From contig OY782781.1 in the NCBI GenBank assembly GCA_963678315.1, positions 2,400,001-2,464,000 of the forward strand: a stretch of DNA of 64,000 nucleotides, read 5' to 3'. The stretch is from Candidatus Cloacimonadales bacterium. GTDB lineage: Bacteria > Cloacimonadota > Cloacimonadia > Cloacimonadales > JAFGVF01. Under the pieces are notes generated by a model. It did not search any database. It worked only from the letters and a program-made list of their open reading frames with translations, and had not been told where the DNA came from. Shown here one piece after another: positions 60,486 through 64,000 of this stretch. Each line of letters opens with the position of its first letter. Within the stretch, counting starts at the first letter, position 1. The position numbers were made by a program, and so were the translations under genes.

Positions 60486-63400
60486 CTATGGATTACTTTG
60501 TACTGCAATTACCTTATAGAACAGTTTTGGTGTGTTCAAGGTAGAATGGCTATAACTAGTAGAGCTTGTAGAGCCAACACGTGTATTACTATTAGCTTCA
60601 AAAACAGGATTCTCTGAAGAATAGATTATATATTCTTCTATATCAATAGTATCACCATTCTCATTGATGGTTACTGGCTCCCAAGTAAGAGTTGCTTGGT
60701 CATTCTGAAAGACTAAGCTCAAATTACTTGGAGAAAGAGGCTTATATTGGCTAGTAGTAGTGCCACTTACTTCTTGAGTAAAGTTTGAGACATTACCAGC
60801 TTGGTCAATAGCTCTAATTTTGAAGAAATATTCTGTTCCCGGATTTAGTCCTGTTATCATAGTCATACTAATCTCATTACCAGCTTGAGCAAGATTTCCA
60901 TCATCAGTAGAAGACCAAAGCATATCTTGGTCCGTAACACCTGCTGTTTCTGAGTAGTAAATTTGATATGTTTCAAAGTTAAGATCATCAGAAGCAAACC
61001 AGATTAATTGTATAGTATTATCTGTTACATTATCTACAATCGCAAGCATAATATCTAGTGGAGGAGTAGTATCTATATTAAGGCTATAATCATCATCAAT
61101 ATCTTGTGAATTTTGGCTACCACTATAAGATGGACCATTACCATGAATATCATTACATCTGAATTGATATCTTAGATTACTTGCATCCACATCGAAAGTA
61201 ACCTCAACTGCAACATCAATTGTATCACTAGAAATACCAGCATCATTGTTCCATCTACTAGCTTGATATGGAATCCATTCTTCATCATAAACACCATTGC
61301 CATTAGCATCAAATATATATTGGATTGAATTCATATCTATACCGAAGAAATCATACATTTGACAGGATAAAGTAACAGTTCTTGAGTTTATAAACTCACC
61401 TTCATTATATTGTGGAGCTAAGTTAGATATCACTGGAAGATCAGATTGATTAACACTAACCACAAGTTGTGAAATATCTGATTCATTACCCAATGAATCT
61501 AGAGCTGTAATTCCATACCAATATAATGAATCATTAGAAGCTAAAGGTAAGCTAATTGTACTAGTATTTACATTTAATAAGTCAGGATAATTATCGGCTG
61601 AATATACTCGAGAATTATAATCTATCTCTTGAGAAGAATCATAGTAAATCTTATAGGATGCAAAATCCTCTTCTGTTGGAATAGTCCAAGCAAGAGTAAT
61701 GAGGTCATTGGTAATTTCTTCGACTGTTAGATTCTGAATTGTAGCAATTGGACTAGTGTCAATAGCAAGATAATAATCATCAGCTATTCCTTCTTGATTG
61801 TTGGAACCAGAATAAGTCCAAGTATCTGTTAGGAAGTCTTTAGCTCTGAATTCAAATCTTAATTCTTGACCATCAACCAAATATTCTACATTCACAAGCA
61901 CACTAATAGTATCATTAGCTTGAAGATTCTCAATTTGAATCCATTCTTCATCATAAGTGTTGTTGCCATTAGCATCAATTCTATATTCTATCAGTGGATT
62001 GATTAAATCTGAGTCAACCGCTGTTATCCCAATTTCGACACTTCTAGAATTAAAATAAGTTCCTGAAAGAGATGGGATAGGGTTTATTAAACTAGGTGTA
62101 TTTCCTAAAATAGCTATTGCTGCTTCAGACCATTGACCTACATTATCAAAGACATCAATACCTCTTATGAAGAACCAAACAGGAGCATCAAACATTAAAT
62201 CAGAGATTGTAGCAACATTAGTTTCTTGATAGTTCAATGATAAATCATCAGCGTTTGTAATTACTAAATCATCCTCATCAATAGTATCATCGTAAGAAAC
62301 AACAAGCTCATACCTAGAGAAAAATTCTTCCTGGCAAGGAGTCCATTGCAGTTCAACACTTGTAGAATCGGTTGATGCTACAGTTAAATCGATAATAGTA
62401 GATGGCGGAGTAGTATCAAGCAAAGCTCCATTAACATAAAAATCATCTATAAGCCAAGATGCACTATAATAGCTATCAGATGAAAAATACCATCTAAACT
62501 GAACATAATTTTGATTATCTAACCATTGAGAATAATCAGAATGCACAAATGTTTCTTCTACATTATCAGTGAAGACAGCTAAATCGTTCCAAGTTATGCC
62601 ATTGTTTGAGACTTGGAATCTTGCTTCACAATCAGTATTTATAGAAAATTCATGATAGAAGCCAACTTCTATATTACTGTAAGAAGAAAAATCATAAACT
62701 GGAGATTTGAGTTTCTCGTTAGACCTTCTTAAAAGAGAGTTCTCAGTTTTGTAGAAGTAGTTTCCAGAATCTTCACTTATAGCCCATGGGACAGAAGTTG
62801 TTCCTTCATGAATAACTTGCCAATCTTGAGGAGCTTGCCCTTCATGATTGAAATCTTCATTAATATAAAGAGCACCAGCTACAACAACTCTAAGTGTCTC
62901 TCTAGTGTATGCTCCTAATTCATCAGTTGCAGTAATAGTTAATACCTCTACCCCATTCCAATCATCCCAAGATTCTAAAGTTAGAACATTATCTTGGTCG
63001 ATAGAATAAAGAATGTTGCTATTTCCTGAAACTTGATAAGTTAAATCAGAATCATAATCTGTGAAATAGTCATCTAAATCACCATACTCTGTTGAGCTAT
63101 TCATCAAAACTAATCCTTGTGGTAAAGGATTTTCTAAGAAAGGATTAGCATTAACTTCAGTAATTGTATAAGTAAAGTCATATACTGTTAAGTAACCATT
63201 GCTGTTTGTAGCTCTAATACTGAAATCATAGTCACCAACAGAAGTATAGGATACTTGCCAATTAATTGAAGCACCAGCATTTCCATTATCTTGGAAACTT
63301 GCATTGTCAGGTAGAATACTAAGCATTTCAAACTCGATATCAGTATTCAAGGGATCAGAAGCTTCTATCAAAAGGTTAACTTCTTGACCTTCTGGTGAAG

Positions 63401-64000
63401 ATAAGACTTCTAACTCTGTGAAAATAGGATTTGGGTTACCTATATAGATTAATCCGCTATCAACTGAATAATCAATGACTTCTTCATTAGCTACAATTCT
63501 TTCTATTGTAAGATATGTTGAAGAAGTTTCAGCTCCAAGAACATCAAATTCTACAGCAAGTAAATTACCTGTACCTTCTAAAGGACTTGTACCAAAAAGA
63601 GCGATATCAGTATAGTTTTCATGGTTATTTAAATAACCACTATTCCAGACTTCAGTCAATGAATTAGTAAAGTCAATTTCAGAAGCTTGCAGAATATCAG
63701 TGTCATACGACAACCTAATAAGCAATGAATTAATGTTCATGTTATCGACAGAGTTAACATTGATTGGTATAGTTATTGTACTATTGAGATTCGTTGTCGT
63801 ATCAGGAATAGCTAACTCAAATACATTTTCTATATTAACATGGACAGTCTTTATATCTGTGTAAGCTGATTGATTCTCAGCTTGAAAAGTTAAATTGATA
63901 AGCTCAGCAGAACTGTAAGGTATCTGCCATTCAAATGTAGATGAGTAATCACTTGTGGAGGTCCAATTATAACCACTAATATCACTAATACATGAGAAAG
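60486..64000 (-). CDS. Large extracellular protein (cohesin-like, Ig/cadherin-like, Fn3 repeats); 5' end outside window
   Basis: frame stays open beyond 63740 to the window edge; 'TIPINV..LSYD..IL..G.G.LL..EF.V' cohesin-like; 'DTTPP' Fn3 repeats. Confidence 0.75.
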   Translation of the reverse strand, partial: FSCISDISGYNWTSTSDYSSTFEWQIPYSSAELINLTFQAENQSAYTDIKTVHVNIENVFELAIPDTTTNLNSTITIPINVNSVDNMNINSLLIRLSYDTDILQASEIDFTNSLTEVWNSGYLNNHENYTDIALFGTSPLEGTGNLLAVEFDVLGAETSSTYLTIERIVANEEVIDYSVDSGLIYIGNPNPIFTELEVLSSPEGQEVNLLIEASDPLNTDIEFEMLSILPDNASFQDNGNAGASINWQVSYTSVGDYDFSIRATNSNGYLTVYDFTYTITEVNANPFLENPLPQGLVLMNSSTEYGDLDDYFTDYDSDLTYQVSGNSNILYSIDQDNVLTLESWDDWNGVEVLTITATDELGAYTRETLRVVVAGALYINEDFNHEGQAPQDWQVIHEGTTSVPWAISEDSGNYFYKTENSLLRRSNEKLKSPVYDFSSYSNIEVGFYHEFSINTDCEARFQVSNNGITWNDLAVFTDNVEETFVHSDYSQWLDNQNYVQFRWYFSSDSYYSASWLIDDFYVNGALLDTTPPSTIIDLTVASTDSTSVELQWTPCQEEFFSRYELVVSYDDTIDEDDLVITNADDLSLNYQETNVATISDLMFDAPVWFFIRGIDVFDNVGQWSEAAIAILGNTPSLINPIPSLSGTYFNSRSVEIGITAVDSDLINPLIEYRIDANGNNTYDEEWIQIENLQANDTISVLVNVEYLVDGQELRFEFRAKDFLTDTWTYSGSNNQEGIADDYYLAIDTSPIATIQNLTVEEITNDLITLAWTIPTEEDFASYKIYYDSSQEIDYNSRVYSADNYPDLLNVNTSTISLPLASNDSLYWYGITALDSLGNESDISQLVVSVNQSDLPVISNLAPQYNEGEFINSRTVTLSCQMYDFFGIDMNSIQYIFDANGNGVYDEEWIPYQASRWNNDAGISSDTIDVAVEVTFDVDASNLRYQFRCNDIHGNGPSYSGSQNSQDIDDDYSLNIDTTPPLDIMLAIVDNVTDNTIQLIWFASDDLNFETYQIYYSETAGVTDQDMLWSSTDDGNLAQAGNEISMTMITGLNPGTEYFFKIRAIDQAGNVSNFTQEVSGTTTSQYKPLSPSNLSLVFQNDQATLTWEPVTINENGDTIDIEEYIIYSSENPVFEANSNTRVGSTSSTSYSHSTLNTPKLFYKVIAVQSNP

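Overview
This is an AT-rich bacterial chromosome segment. Many secreted proteins end in an 'NYPNPFNPETTI...IYNIKGQLVK...SGVYF' FlgD-Ig/Por-type C-terminal domain, which suggests Candidatus Cloacimonadota or a related FCB lineage (inference). Bases 1-17.1 kb hold housekeeping genes: MFS transporter, recF, dnaN (no dnaA next to it), msrBA, two sensor kinases, a LruC lipoprotein, enoyl-CoA hydratase, a CPBP-GrpB fusion, NADH oxidase and six tRNAs. About 17.5-54.4 kb is a transposable (Mu-like) prophage bounded by inverted arrays of a TGACA-N7-TTCCA motif. It has a repressor/Ner/MuA/MuB/DUF3164/GemA early module and terminase plus MuF, but a PBSX-like head (portal and a single fused XkdF-protease/capsid ORF). 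It also has a tail chaperone with a -1 frameshift site, a C-terminally broken Dam-like methylase and no tape-measure, baseplate or fibre genes. Its cargo comprises a DUF2971 gene, a candidate three-gene defence operon (unknown + 4-TM + DUF4062-Mrr nuclease), an IS1182, four secreted CTD proteins and a divergent ECF-like sigma factor. The left end carries a 1936-bp tandem duplication, and a decayed second copy of the left end/early region lies at 56.35-57.73 kb. The window ends with VIT-vWA and cohesin/Fn3 secreted-protein genes.
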